DNA of 64,000 nucleotides. Origin: Antedon mediterranea. Its lineage: Eukaryota; Animalia; Echinodermata. Where the stretch lies: assembly GCF_964355755.1 (NCBI RefSeq), contig NC_092678.1:16349881-16413880 (forward strand). The letters are read 5' to 3'. Below are positions 42,193 to 53,942 of this stretch, piece after piece (the first letter of the stretch is position 1; each line of letters starts with the position of its first letter). The position numbers and the translations under genes were made by a program. Below the pieces are notes generated by a model. The model did no database searches, had not been told where the DNA came from, and saw only the letters and a program-made list of their open reading frames with translations.

Positions 42193-43811
42193 CTAGAACT
42201 TAAACTCGTCACTTGAGGACGAGTTTGGTTATCCGCCAGCAACAAAGCGTATCTTGCGTATTCAAGTACTTCCAAGTTATGACTTTTCCAAAAAAAGTAG
42301 GCTATTCAAAATTAAAACTGCCCTCTCAGTGTAATAACCAACTAAACCCTTTTAATTAATTGTTTTCCCGTGACGGGACTCGAACCCGGTACCTCTGATA
42401 CCAAAGTCGGTTGCATTACACATCGAGCCATATGACCACCTGCTGACGAAAATCCGAAGAAAGAGTCCTCGTTCATTCGGTATGTCGTGAACCCCCTCGA
42501 TGCAAGTTGATTATTACATATCAAACTTAAATCATAAATTTTACTATGATGAAATCTTCAAAAATTTTAAACGCTGATATTTTATGAAAGTACATACTTT
42601 CAAGTTTTATATATTAACATGTAAAGAAAAAAGATAAATGTTATGTTTATTGTTTTGCTCTTTGAATAAGTTTATGTTTGTTTGATGATAAATATTTCAA
42701 AAATTATATTTAATATGCAAATAATGTAGCCATCAAACACGTTTTAGCATTCAACACTATAATAAATCAGACCTATGATTCATACACTGCAAGAAATTAA
42801 AATAAAAAATGGGGGTAACCTTGCATTCTGATGAACTGTGTCATTTTTAAAAGTAGACATATTTTGGAACATTTTCACAATTTGTTGACGTTTTCGTGCG
42901 CAACCTGTCATGTTTAACGTGCTCGTAGAACGCCATTTCAAGTTGAAAAGTGAATAAAATAACGTAAAATTGTTAACAGAAGATTTAAAAACACAAATCG
43001 TGTAAAAGAAATGCTCATACCTGTTCCCTGCGCCGTGCGCGCGTAAAAATGTGCGCACCAGTGGCAATTTTTTAAACGCTTAAAATGACCTGAATCGTGC
43101 TCTAATTTAATCAGAAATTGATTTGAAGCATTTTAAAATTTCAAACGCCATTTACGCGCGCACTTTCTAATGTTACAAATTGCGATAGCGTTAAAAAAGT
43201 TAACTATTGATGTGAAGCAAACGTGGCTGAAAATGACGTTAAAAAATATTCATTTGTTTCGAAGTTATAACCAATTTAAGATTTTCAGAAAATCACGCGT
43301 AACTTACGCTACGCGGCTCTGACATCGTCAAAAAGCTTGGCTGGACAACTTCAGTAAAATGTCTATATGTTGAACAAGTTACAAAATGTTATGTTAACGC
43401 GTTACAGAGAAACAGCGTGCACAAATTAGGAGCATTTTAAAATTTCAAACGCAGTTTACGCGCAGACTTTCTAGTGTTCAAAAATTTTCTGAAGAGCGAA
43501 AAAGTTAGCCATTGATGTGAAGAAAACGTGGCTGAAAATTTCGTTAAAAAATATTTATCGGTTTCGAAGTTATGACCGATTTAAGATTTTCAGAAAATCG
43601 CGCGTAACTTACGCTACGCGGATCTGACATTGTCAAAAAGCTTCGCAGTACATCTTCAGTTAATTGTCTATATGTTGACCAAGTTACAAAATGTTATGTT
43701 AACACGTTCAAGAGAAAACGCGTACACAAAATCGGAGAAAGAAAGAAGAATAATAAAAAAAAAAAGTAACACTACAATAACAAAGGTTATCCGCTTGAGG
43801 CGGATAACCAA
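42193..43811 (-). mobile_element. Family C element C2 (1619 bp, one tRNA-like module)
   Basis: Both C termini present; near-identical to C1 29420-30966. Confidence 0.85.
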
Positions 43812-45336
43812 CTAGACATGTAACTCGTCACTTTGACGAGTTTGGTTATCCGCCGCGCAAGTGGTGCAAGATTAACATTAAGGGGATAGGTTGAGGACAA
43901 AAGGAAGTGTTCACGTTGGCATTATGACCTGAACTGAAGAATATGATATTTTGTTATTGCTGAATTTTATCTAAATATAAATTCATATATAGTATACACA
44001 GTATAATCTGTATCCATATCACATACAGTGTAGAATATGTGAACTTACGGGACCCGCTATTTATTGCAATTTTTAACATGTTGACGGTTTTAAAATGAAA
44101 CGGGAAGGTAGCAATTCCGGAAGGAAATTATCTCAGCAACAACGTATTAGCGTGTAGAAGAAATTTGAATACGTGAAATATTGATGCGCGCTCTTTTAAA
44201 TGTAATGAATTATGACGCAAAAGATGAAAATACGACCTTTTTTATTTAACTGGCCATATGATGACGTCACAACATCCGATTGGCAACATTTTTACATAAT
44301 TTCGTATCTACAATCCAATAGCTTCCAGAAAAAGTTTTAATCGTGATTATCAAATTTTATTCTTACGAGCTATAACAGATTAAAATTTACTGTAAAGATG
44401 AAAGTGATGCCACACGTGATTTAAATTTTTAGGCATGATGACGTCAAAAAAATTAAAATATTTTTAACTCATGCGAAAGATAGTTGATTGACCTACACAA
44501 TATCAAAATCGGGGTGAAAATGGAAAACGGATAAGTGGAGATGCGCTCTATTCAATGTGATGAGCTATGACGAAAGATACAAAAATCCTAAATTTTATAT
44601 TCGCGTGGCCATACGATGACGTCACAATGTCCGGTTAGCCATATTAATACCTGATCCGATATCTACAACTCATCTACTTCTAGAAAATGTCATCCACAAA
44701 AATTTGACCGTCTAGTTTAGAAATTACGACTGTTTAAAAAAAGTCATATTTTAAACGAATTTTTTAACCTTTTCATAAAAAACGCGCGCAAATTGGCCAA
44801 TTCGACGTTCTCGTATGACGTATCTTTAAGTCAAAATTGTTTAAAATTTGGTAAAATTACTAGAAAAGGCTGGAAAAACATAAATCACGCGAAAAAAATA
44901 CGTTTTCAATTCTACGTGCGCACCGCACACGTAAAAATGTGCGCACGCGTGGGAATTTTTGACATGCTTAAAACGACATGAAACGCGTAGAAAGTTGAGT
45001 ATAAAGTAATTTTGCGCATTTTGAAATTTTAAATGCGCGTGCGCGCGTAACTTTGTGTATAACACGCAATTTTTTTTCAACAGAAAGTTAGCGCATGATA
45101 TAAATTAAACTTTTGCAAAGTTTCAAGTTGAAATGTTATTTGGTTGTCGAGCTATGTTAAATACGACAAAATCGTTAAATCGCGCGTAAGTCACGTTGCG
45201 CAATTGTAAACGTCATGAAAAGCTTCGCTTGACGACGTTACGTAAATGTCAATATGGTAAGATAGTTACCAAAATGTTATGTTTGCGAGTTTTGGAGAAA
45301 AGCGTTACACAAAAATCATACAGAAAGAAAGAAGAA

Positions 45337-46928
45337 CTAGACATGTAACTCGTCACTTTGACGAGTTTGGTTATCCGCCGCGCAAGTGGTGCAACATTAA
45401 CATTAAGGGGATAGGTTGAGGACAAAAGGAAGTGTTCACGTTGGCATTATGACCTGAACTGAAGAATATGATCTGTTGTTATTGCTGAATTTTATTATTT
45501 AAATTCATATATAGTATACACAGTATAATCTGTATCCATATCACATACAGTGTAGAATAGGTGAAATTACGGGACCCGCTATTTATTGCAATTTTTAACA
45601 TGTTGACGGTTTTAAAATGAAACGCGAAGTTAGCAATTCCGAAAGGAAATTATCTCAGCAACAACGTATTAGCGTGTAGAAGAAATTTGAATACGTTAAA
45701 TATTGATGCGCGCTCTTTTAAATGTAATGAATTATGACGCAAAAGATGAAAATACGACCTTTTTTATTTAACTGGCCATATGATGACGTCACAACATCCG
45801 ATTGGCAACATTTTTACATAATTTCGTATCTACAATCCAATAGCTTCCAGAAAAAGTTTTAATCGTGATTATCACATTTTATTCTTACGAGCTATAACAG
45901 ATTAAAATTTACTGTAAAGATGAAATTAATGCCACACGTGATTTCAATTTTTAGGCATGATGACGTCATAAAAATTAAAATATTTTTAACTCATGCGAAA
46001 GATAGTTGATAGACATAGACAATATCAAAATCGGGGTGAAAATGAAAAACGGATAAGTGGAGATGCGCTCTATTCAATGTGATGAGCTATGACGAAAGAT
46101 ACAAAAATCCTAAATTTTATGTTCGCGTGGCCATACGATGACGTCACAATGTCCGGTTAGCCATATTAATACCTGATCCGATATCTACAACTCATCTACT
46201 TCCAGAATATGTCATCCACAAAAATTTGACCGTCTAGTTTAGAAATTACGACTGTTTAAAAAAAGGCATATTTTAAACGAATTTTTTAACCTTTTCATAA
46301 AAAACGCGCGCAAATTGTCCAATTCGACGTGCTCGTATGACGTATCTTTAAGTCGAAATTGTTTAAAATTTGGTAAAATTACTAGAAAATGCCTGAAAAA
46401 CATAAATCACGCGAAAAAAATACGTTTTCAATGCTACGTGCGCACCGCACACGTAGAAATGTGCGCACACGTGGGAATTTTTGACATGCTTAAAACGACA
46501 TGAAACGCGTAGAAAGTTGATTATAAATTAATTTTGCGCATTTTGAAATTTTAAATGCGCGTGCGCGCGTAACTTTGTGTAAAACACGCAATTTTTTTTC
46601 AACAGAAAGTTAGCGCATGATATAAATTAAACTTTTGCAAAGTTTCATTTTAAAATGTTATTTGGTTTTCGACATATGTTAAATACGAGAAAATCGTTAA
46701 ATCGCGCGTACGTCACGTTGCGCGATTGTAAACATCATGAAAAGCTTCGCTTGACGACGTTACATAAATGTCAAAATGTTAACATAGTTAACAAAATGTT
46801 ATGTTTGCAAGTTTTAGAGAAAAGCGTTACACAAAAATCATACAGAAAGAAAGAAGATTAAGAAAAAGATGATGATGATTTCGTACAATCACAAGAGGTT
46901 ATCCTGCAACTTCGTTGCGGATAACCAA
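45337..46928 (-). mobile_element. Family B element B7 (complete)
   Basis: Both B termini present. Confidence 0.85.
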
Positions 46929-46939
46929 AAATAAAAAGA

Positions 46940-48546
46940 CTAGACATGTAACTCGTCACTTTGACGAGTTTGGTTATCCGCCGCGCAAGTGGTGCAACAT
47001 TAACATTAAGGAGATAGGTTGAGGACAAAAGGAAGTGTTCACGTTGGCATTATGACCTGAACTGAAGAATATGATATGTTGTTATTGCTGAATTTTATTA
47101 TTTAAATTCATATATAGTATACACAGTATAATCTGTATCCATATCACATACAGCTCAGTGACATACAGTGTAGAATAGGTGAAATTACGGGACCCGCTTT
47201 TTATTGCAATTTTTAACATGTTGACGGTTTTAAAATGAAACGCGAAGGTAGCAATTCCGAAAGGAAATTATCTCAGCAACAACGTATTAGCGTGTAGAAG
47301 AAATTTGAATACGTGAAATATTGATGCGCGCTTTTTTAAATGTAATGAATTATGACGCAAAAGATGAAAATACGACCTTTTTTATTTAACTGGCCATATG
47401 ATGACGTCACAACATCCGATGGGCAACATTTTTACATAATTTCGTATCTACAATCCAATAGCTTCCAGAAAAAGTTTTAATCGTGATTATCACATTTTAT
47501 TCTTACGAGCTATAACAGATTAAAATTTACTGTAAAGATGAAATTGATGCCACACGTGATTTAAATATTTAGGCATGATGACGTCAAAAAAATTAAAATA
47601 TTTTTAACTCATGCGAAAGATAGTTGATTGACCTAGACAATATCAAAATCGGGGTGAAAATGGAAAACGAATAAGTGGAGATGCGCTCTATTCAATGTGA
47701 TGAGCTATGACGAAAGATACAAAAATCCTAAATTTTATATTCGCGTGGCCATACGATGACGTCACAATGTCCGGTTAGCCATATTAATACCTGATCCGAT
47801 ACCTACAACTCATCTACTTCCAGAATATGTCATCCACAAAAAGTTGACCGTCTAGTTTAGAAATTACAACTGTTTAAAAAAAGGCATATTTTAAACGAAT
47901 TTTTTAACCTTTTCATAAAAAACGCGCGCAAATTGTCCAATTCGACGTGCTCGTATGACGTATCTTTAAGTCGAAATTGTTTAAAATTTGGTAAAATTAC
48001 TAGAAAAGGCTGGAAAAACATAAATCACGCGAAAAAAATACGTTTTCAATGCTACGTGCGCACCGCACACGTAAAAATGTGCGCACACGTGGGAATTTTT
48101 GACATGCTTAAAACGACATGAAACGCGTAGAAAGTTGATTATAAATTAATTTTGCGCATTTTGAAATTTTAAATGCGCGTGCGCGCGTAACTTTGTGTAA
48201 AACACGCAATTTTTTTTCAACAGAAAGTTAGCGCATGATATAAATTAAACTTTTGCAAAGTTTCACTTTAAAATGTTATTTGGTTTTCGACATATGTTAA
48301 ATACGAGAAAATCGTTAAATCGCGCGTACGTCACGTTGCGCAATTGTAAACATCATGAAAAGCTTCGCTTGACGACGTTACATAAATGTCAAAATGTTAA
48401 CATAGTTAACAAAATGTTATGTTTGCAAGTTTTAGAGAAAAGCGTTACACAAAAATCATACAGAAAGAAAGAAGATTAAGAAAAAGATGTTGATGATTTC
48501 GTACAATCACAAGAGGTTATCCTGCAACTTCGTTGCGGATAACCAA
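46940..48546 (-). mobile_element. Family B element B8 (complete)
   Basis: Both B termini present; inserted at A|T with no TSD. Confidence 0.85.
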
Positions 48547-48602
48547 TGATGATTTCGTACAATCACAAGAGGTTATCCTGCAACTTCGTTGCGGATAACC
48601 AA

Positions 48603-50197
48603 CTAGACATGTAACTCGTCACTTTGACGAGTTTGGTTATCCGCAGCGCAAGTGGTGCAACATTAACATTAAGGGAATAGGTTGAGGACAAAAGGAAGTG
48701 TTCACGTTGGCATTATGACCTGAACTGAAGAATATGATATGTTGTTATTGCTGAATTTTATTATTTAAATTCATATATAGTATACACAGTATAATCTGTA
48801 TCCATATCACATACAGTGTAGAATAGGTGAAATTACGGGACCCGCTATTTATTGCAATTTTTAACATGTTGACGGTTTTAAAATGAAACGCGAAGGTAGC
48901 AATTCCGAAAGGAAATTATCTCAGCAACAACGTATTAGCGTGTAGAAGAAATTTGAATACGTGAAATATTGATGCGCGCTCTTTTAAATGTAATGAATTA
49001 TGACGCAAAAGATGAAAATACGACCTTTTTTATTTAACTGGCCATATGATGACGTCACAACATCCGATTGGCAACATTTTAACATAATTTCGTATCTACA
49101 ATCCAATAGCTTCCAGAAAAAGTTTTAATCGTGATTATCACATTTTATTCTTACGAGCTATAACAGATTAAAATTTACTGTAAAGATGAAATTGATGCCA
49201 CACGTGATTTCAATTTTTAGGCATGATGACGTCATAAAAATTAAAATATTTTTCACTCATGCGAAAGATAGTTGATTGACCTAGACAATATCAAAATCGG
49301 GGTGAAAATGGAAAACGGATAAGTGGAGATGCGCTCTATTCAATGTGATGAGCTATGACGAAAGATACAAAAATCCTAAATTTTATATTCGCGTGGCCAT
49401 ACGATGACGTCACAATGTCCGGTTAGCCATATTAATACCTGATCCGATATCTACAACTCATCTACTTCCAGAATATGCCATCCACAAAAAGTTGACCTTC
49501 TAGTTTAGAAATTACGACTGTTTAAAAAAAGGCATATTTTAAACGAATTTTTTAACCTTTTCATAAAAAACGCGCGCAAATTGTCCAATTCGACGTGCTC
49601 GTATCACGTATCTTTAAGTCGAAATTGTTAAAAATTTGGTAAAATTACATGAAAAGGCTGGAAAAACATAAATCACGCAAAAAAAATACGTTTTCAATGC
49701 TACGTGCGCACCGCACACGTAAAAATGTGCGCACGCGTGGGAATTTTTGACATGCTTAAAACGACATGAAACACGTAGAAAGTTGATTATAAATTAATTT
49801 CGCGCATTTTGAAATTTTAAATGCGCGTGCGCGCGTAACTTTGTGTAAAACACGCAATTTTTTTTCAACAGAAAGTTAGCGCATGATATAAATTAAACTT
49901 TTGCAAAGTTTCACTTTAAAATGTTATTTGGTTTTTGACATATGTTAAATACGAGAAAATCGTTAAATCGCGCGTACGTCACGTTGCGCAATTGTAAACA
50001 TCATGAAAAGCTTCGCTTGACGACGTTACATAAATGTCAAAATGTTAACATAGTTAACAAAATGTTATGTTTGCAAGTTTCAGAGAAAAGCGTTACACAA
50101 AAATCATACAGAAAGAAAGAAGAAAAATAAAAAGTTGATGTTGATGATTTCGTACAATCACAAGAGGTTATCCTGCAACTTCGTTGCGGATAACCAA
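48603..50197 (-). mobile_element. Family B element B9 (complete; apparently identical to B1)
   Basis: 1595 bp; shares B1-specific variants. Confidence 0.85.
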
Positions 50198-50318
50198 TAA
50201 AGATTTCATACAATAACAATAGGTGATCATTTTATTCTAAATGATCACCTAATTACTTTAATAAATAAATCACGAAAATGAAATACAAGCTAATAAAATC
50301 TCTTTAGAGACATGTGGT

Positions 50319-50334
50319 GGCTCTGAAAAGAGCC
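50319..50334 (-). terminator. Histone 3' stem-loop (H2B)
   Basis: GGCTCTTTTCAGAGCC. Confidence 0.95.
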
Positions 50335-50363
50335 GTTTGGTTTGAGATTCAGCAAAATGATGT

Positions 50364-50732
50364 TTACTTTGAGCTGGTGTATTTGGTGACAGCCTTGGTA
50401 CCCTCAGAGACAGCATGCTTAGCCAATTCACCAGGAAGCAATAGACGGACAGCGGTTTGAACTTCCCTGCTAGTGATGGTAGATTTCTTGTTGTAGTGAG
50501 CAAGACGAGATGCTTCTCCTGCAATACGTTCGAAGATGTCGTTGACGAAACTGTTCATGATTCCCATGGCTCTGCTGGAGATACCAGTGTCAGGGTGAAC
50601 TTGCTTCAACACCTTGTAGATGTAGATGCTGTAGCTTTCTTTTCGCTTACGTTTCCTCTTCTTGTTAGTAGTTCTTACAGCCTTAGCCTTACCGGCTTTC
50701 TTGGCAGCTTTTCCTGAAGTTTTTGGTGGCAT
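50364..50732 (-). CDS. H2B: Histone H2B, copy 2
   Basis: Intact H2B with one D/N difference from copy 1. Confidence 0.97.
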   Translation of the reverse strand: MPPKTSGKAAKKAGKAKAVRTTNKKRKRKRKESYSIYIYKVLKQVHPDTGISSRAMGIMNSFVNDIFERIAGEASRLAHYNKKSTITSREVQTAVRLLLPGELAKHAVSEGTKAVTKYTSSK

Positions 50733-51526
50733 GATTTTAGTAACTACAATACGACGAGTAAAGTAATCAAGTGAAGATTTTCATATCGCCCAGTGTATTT
50801 ATTGAGTTTGATATGCAAATGAGGTTTCCCAGTTAGGCTTGTTTGTCGACGGCATTCATTGGTTGTTGACTGCGCGCAATTTATTGAATGTACAAAACAA
50901 AACCTTACTTGTTTTTTCTTTGTTAACATTTGGAGGGAAGAAGACAAGTAAAACACCTTATCTTTTTACAGTAATGTATTGAGTATTTGTAATTTTTGTA
51001 TGTCTGCTTCATTTTGTACCTACCACCAATACAATGGTGTACTTTACGAACACTAAAGGTAGGATAAAAATTGAATGGTGTCTATTGTAATACATAACAT
51101 AAATACAGTACAACTTCAAGTGGTTTTTCAATATATTAATATAAAATAATATCAAACAATTGAAAAAATATTTTTTTTATCAACAAAAAAATGTTTAGTA
51201 AATCGTTTTTAATAATGTATGAAAACAACCAGTACATTTAGTTTATTCTTATGTGCGTGTTTAATAAAATGGTGTGGTACGTCATTCATTTTAAAATAGT
51301 AAAAAATGTAATTCTCATCCCGAATACTGTATAGTACATGTACAAATAATTTCAAGAGGTGGAAAATGAGGCCATCAGCCTTCATTACAAAGTTCACATT
51401 CATGTTGATTCTGATTGTACTTTGTGTATTTTATATGTAAACTGACTTTGGGGTTGGGTTAACCAACTCAGCTATAGAGTGAGTGATTATAGACGGAATA
51501 AAAAACGAAATGAAAGTTTTAATTTA

Positions 51527-52311
51527 CGCCGTGGTTAGGATTCCGGCACCGGAACTCAACTGCTCACCGTTAGGGAATCCGACACGCTATTGCGCATGCC
51601 CAGAGCTCTGGGAAGTGAATTATAGCTTGCACTAATAGTGTGCCACACCACGGAGAGTCGGAGTGTTATAGGGATTTACTGTAGCCTAGATAGTCGTTGC
51701 GCGAGCGAGAGAGCGATGGATGAAACTTGGCCTATGCCATACATGAATTAATAATTAAAATACGACTACGCCACGCGTTAAAATAAATATAATGGTATTA
51801 ATAAGTATCAGTATCTATCTAAGAATCGTAATGCTGTTTTTAGCGTTGCGACCCTGACTTCCCGAACAGTTTTTTTCACATTCACGCGGTGGCTGCCGTC
51901 AACAAATCAACTTGTGATTGCATGTTGTTATGTAGAGAGTAACTATAATGCGTTATGAAAAATCATAAAACTAGTCATGTAATTATATAATTCATAATGA
52001 TATGAAGTTTATATATGAATGAAGCAACCACTTTTTAATTACAAAATAAATACTATAGGACCACTGGCCACGTCTAACTGGTAGCCCTAGCCTAGATTAG
52101 TGGATCCCATATTAGTAGGCATCTAGGCTAGTTCGCCGTGTGGCGCAGCTATGAAATGATCCATCGCTGTTGATAAGAACAAAGAGAACTAAGTTCTTTG
52201 ATAAGAAGTATAGAGTCGCCCCGATTACCTCGCTCTGGGCATGCGCAATAGCGTGTCGGATTCCCTAACGCTGGGCAGTTGAGTTCCGGTGCCGGAATCC
52301 TAACCACGGCG
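51527..52311. mobile_element. MITE with ~78-bp TIRs (CGCCGTGG...), probably Mutator-like
   Basis: TIRs plus a 9-bp TSD TTTAATTTA; empty site at about 7269-7277 in repeat 1. Confidence 0.9.
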
Positions 52312-52543
52312 TTTAATTTATATAGACAATTCATGAGAAAAAAAATTGCAATTACAGTAGTAAGTATACTTAATGTGTGTTACTGTATTTTTACCTGTTT
52401 TTCATATTATATTATAATGTAGGCCTATCAGTTTATATACTAAGCTTGAATTACTTAATGTATATTAAATATTATATGGTAAAGAAACAACAAATAAAGT
52501 AGGCCTAGACAAGTGCTAATTTCATCTCTTTTGTACATATTGT

Positions 52544-52559
52544 GGCTCTGAAAAGAGCC
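52544..52559 (-). terminator. Histone 3' stem-loop (H3)
   Basis: GGCTCTTTTCAGAGCC. Confidence 0.95.
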
Positions 52560-52587
52560 TTTTGGTTTGAGAAAACGGAGAATTGTC

Positions 52588-53007
<420 letters not shown>

Positions 53008-53942
53008 TCAACTAATAAAATTGATATCAAAATTGTTTAAATTCTTGCTTTTATATAAGGACCAATGTTTGCAAGGGTAATTAACTACAAGCAATACGAT
53101 TGGCTAAATGGAAACTTGTGTTTCTTTGTTATATTCAATCAGCAATCAAGTGATTGGCTAAATATTACTGTTTAGAACACGTCCGCAGTTTCGTTTTCAA
53201 TAATGTGGCGGGGGTTCCACAGATTAACAAAACGAATTCTATTGGTTGAAATCTATGGCTAAGAACACGTCCGGAGCTCACCAAAATATTGCGCCTTTTT
53301 TGTTTTGTCTTTTTTTTTTTTGCAGAATTTATTAAAACTGCATAATGGTCTTTTAAAGTGGGATTTTATTAATCTTCATTTTCTATGTTTTTTGGGGATG
53401 AGTTATTTTGTATTTTAGGCCTCTGCTATCTGATAATAATGTAGAAATTAAAAACAACCCTTTGATATATCCATTTTTCTATTTATTTTTAAATCAGGCC
53501 CATATCTTTGCTTTTTTTATCCAAACAATGATGCATCTCTATTTACATTTAATTCATTGTTTGTTGCAAACATGCCACTCTTCTTTGTGTAATCGATTCT
53601 GTTTTATGCAACTACAGTATTTATTTGTACAATGTTTACAAAATATGATATAGCCTATACAGGGGTTCATGTGTATAATAAGTGTAAGCATGGATTTAAT
53701 CCATGGTATAAGTAATAAGAAACGTGGTTTATTTTTGTGTGTTAAAAGTGAACATTTCATTCGTACTTTGTATGTTCTATATACAGTATTATATAATATG
53801 GAAATACTGTATATATCTATCCATTATAACAGTATAATAGTACTGTAAATGATGTTAAGTCGAGGATAATAAATAATACACACTACAAGAAACTGTTTTG
53901 TCTAATTTGTAGATGATGGTGAAAGCAAAATATTGAAATAAC

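Larger units (their letters stand above)
43812..48602 (-). mobile_element. Family B element B6, containing B7 and B8 at two sites 11 bp apart
   Basis: The tail reconstructs as GAAGAA|AAATAAAAAGA|TGATGATTTCGTAC. Confidence 0.8.
15716..50252 (-). repeat. 34.5-kb nested/tandem array of 21 non-autonomous Helentron (HLE2/HINE-like) elements from four families
   Basis: Each unit ends (minus strand) with a subTIR, a TCGTC...GACGA hairpin and CTAG. Seventeen units begin with TT plus a matching subTIR hairpin. There are no TSDs; insertions are at A|T or T|T, and the ends nest consistently. Confidence 0.85.
40668..50252 (-). mobile_element. Family A element A9, containing C2, B6[B7,B8] and B9
   Basis: Body runs to 42192; closing segment 50198-50252. 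Confidence 0.8.

Noticed and set aside
15932-50219. Recurrent 60-95 aa ORFs (e.g. MLFGFRHMLNTRKS..., MSNSTCSYDV..., MTPNFFKL...)
   Set aside because: They recur only because the DNA is repeated. They have no recognisable domains, often start at non-ATG codons and are broken in sister copies. No RepHel motifs were seen.
15716-50252. CRISPR array or integron-like cassette array (recurrent palindromic repeats)
   Set aside because: The context is eukaryotic, the 'spacers' are 1.5-kb homologous bodies, and there are no cas or integrase genes. The termini fit Helentron-type elements.
15716-50252. Simple satellite or higher-order repeat
   Set aside because: The unit order is aperiodic and the ends nest like brackets with restorable target sites. 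Only A1-A3 look like plain tandem copies.
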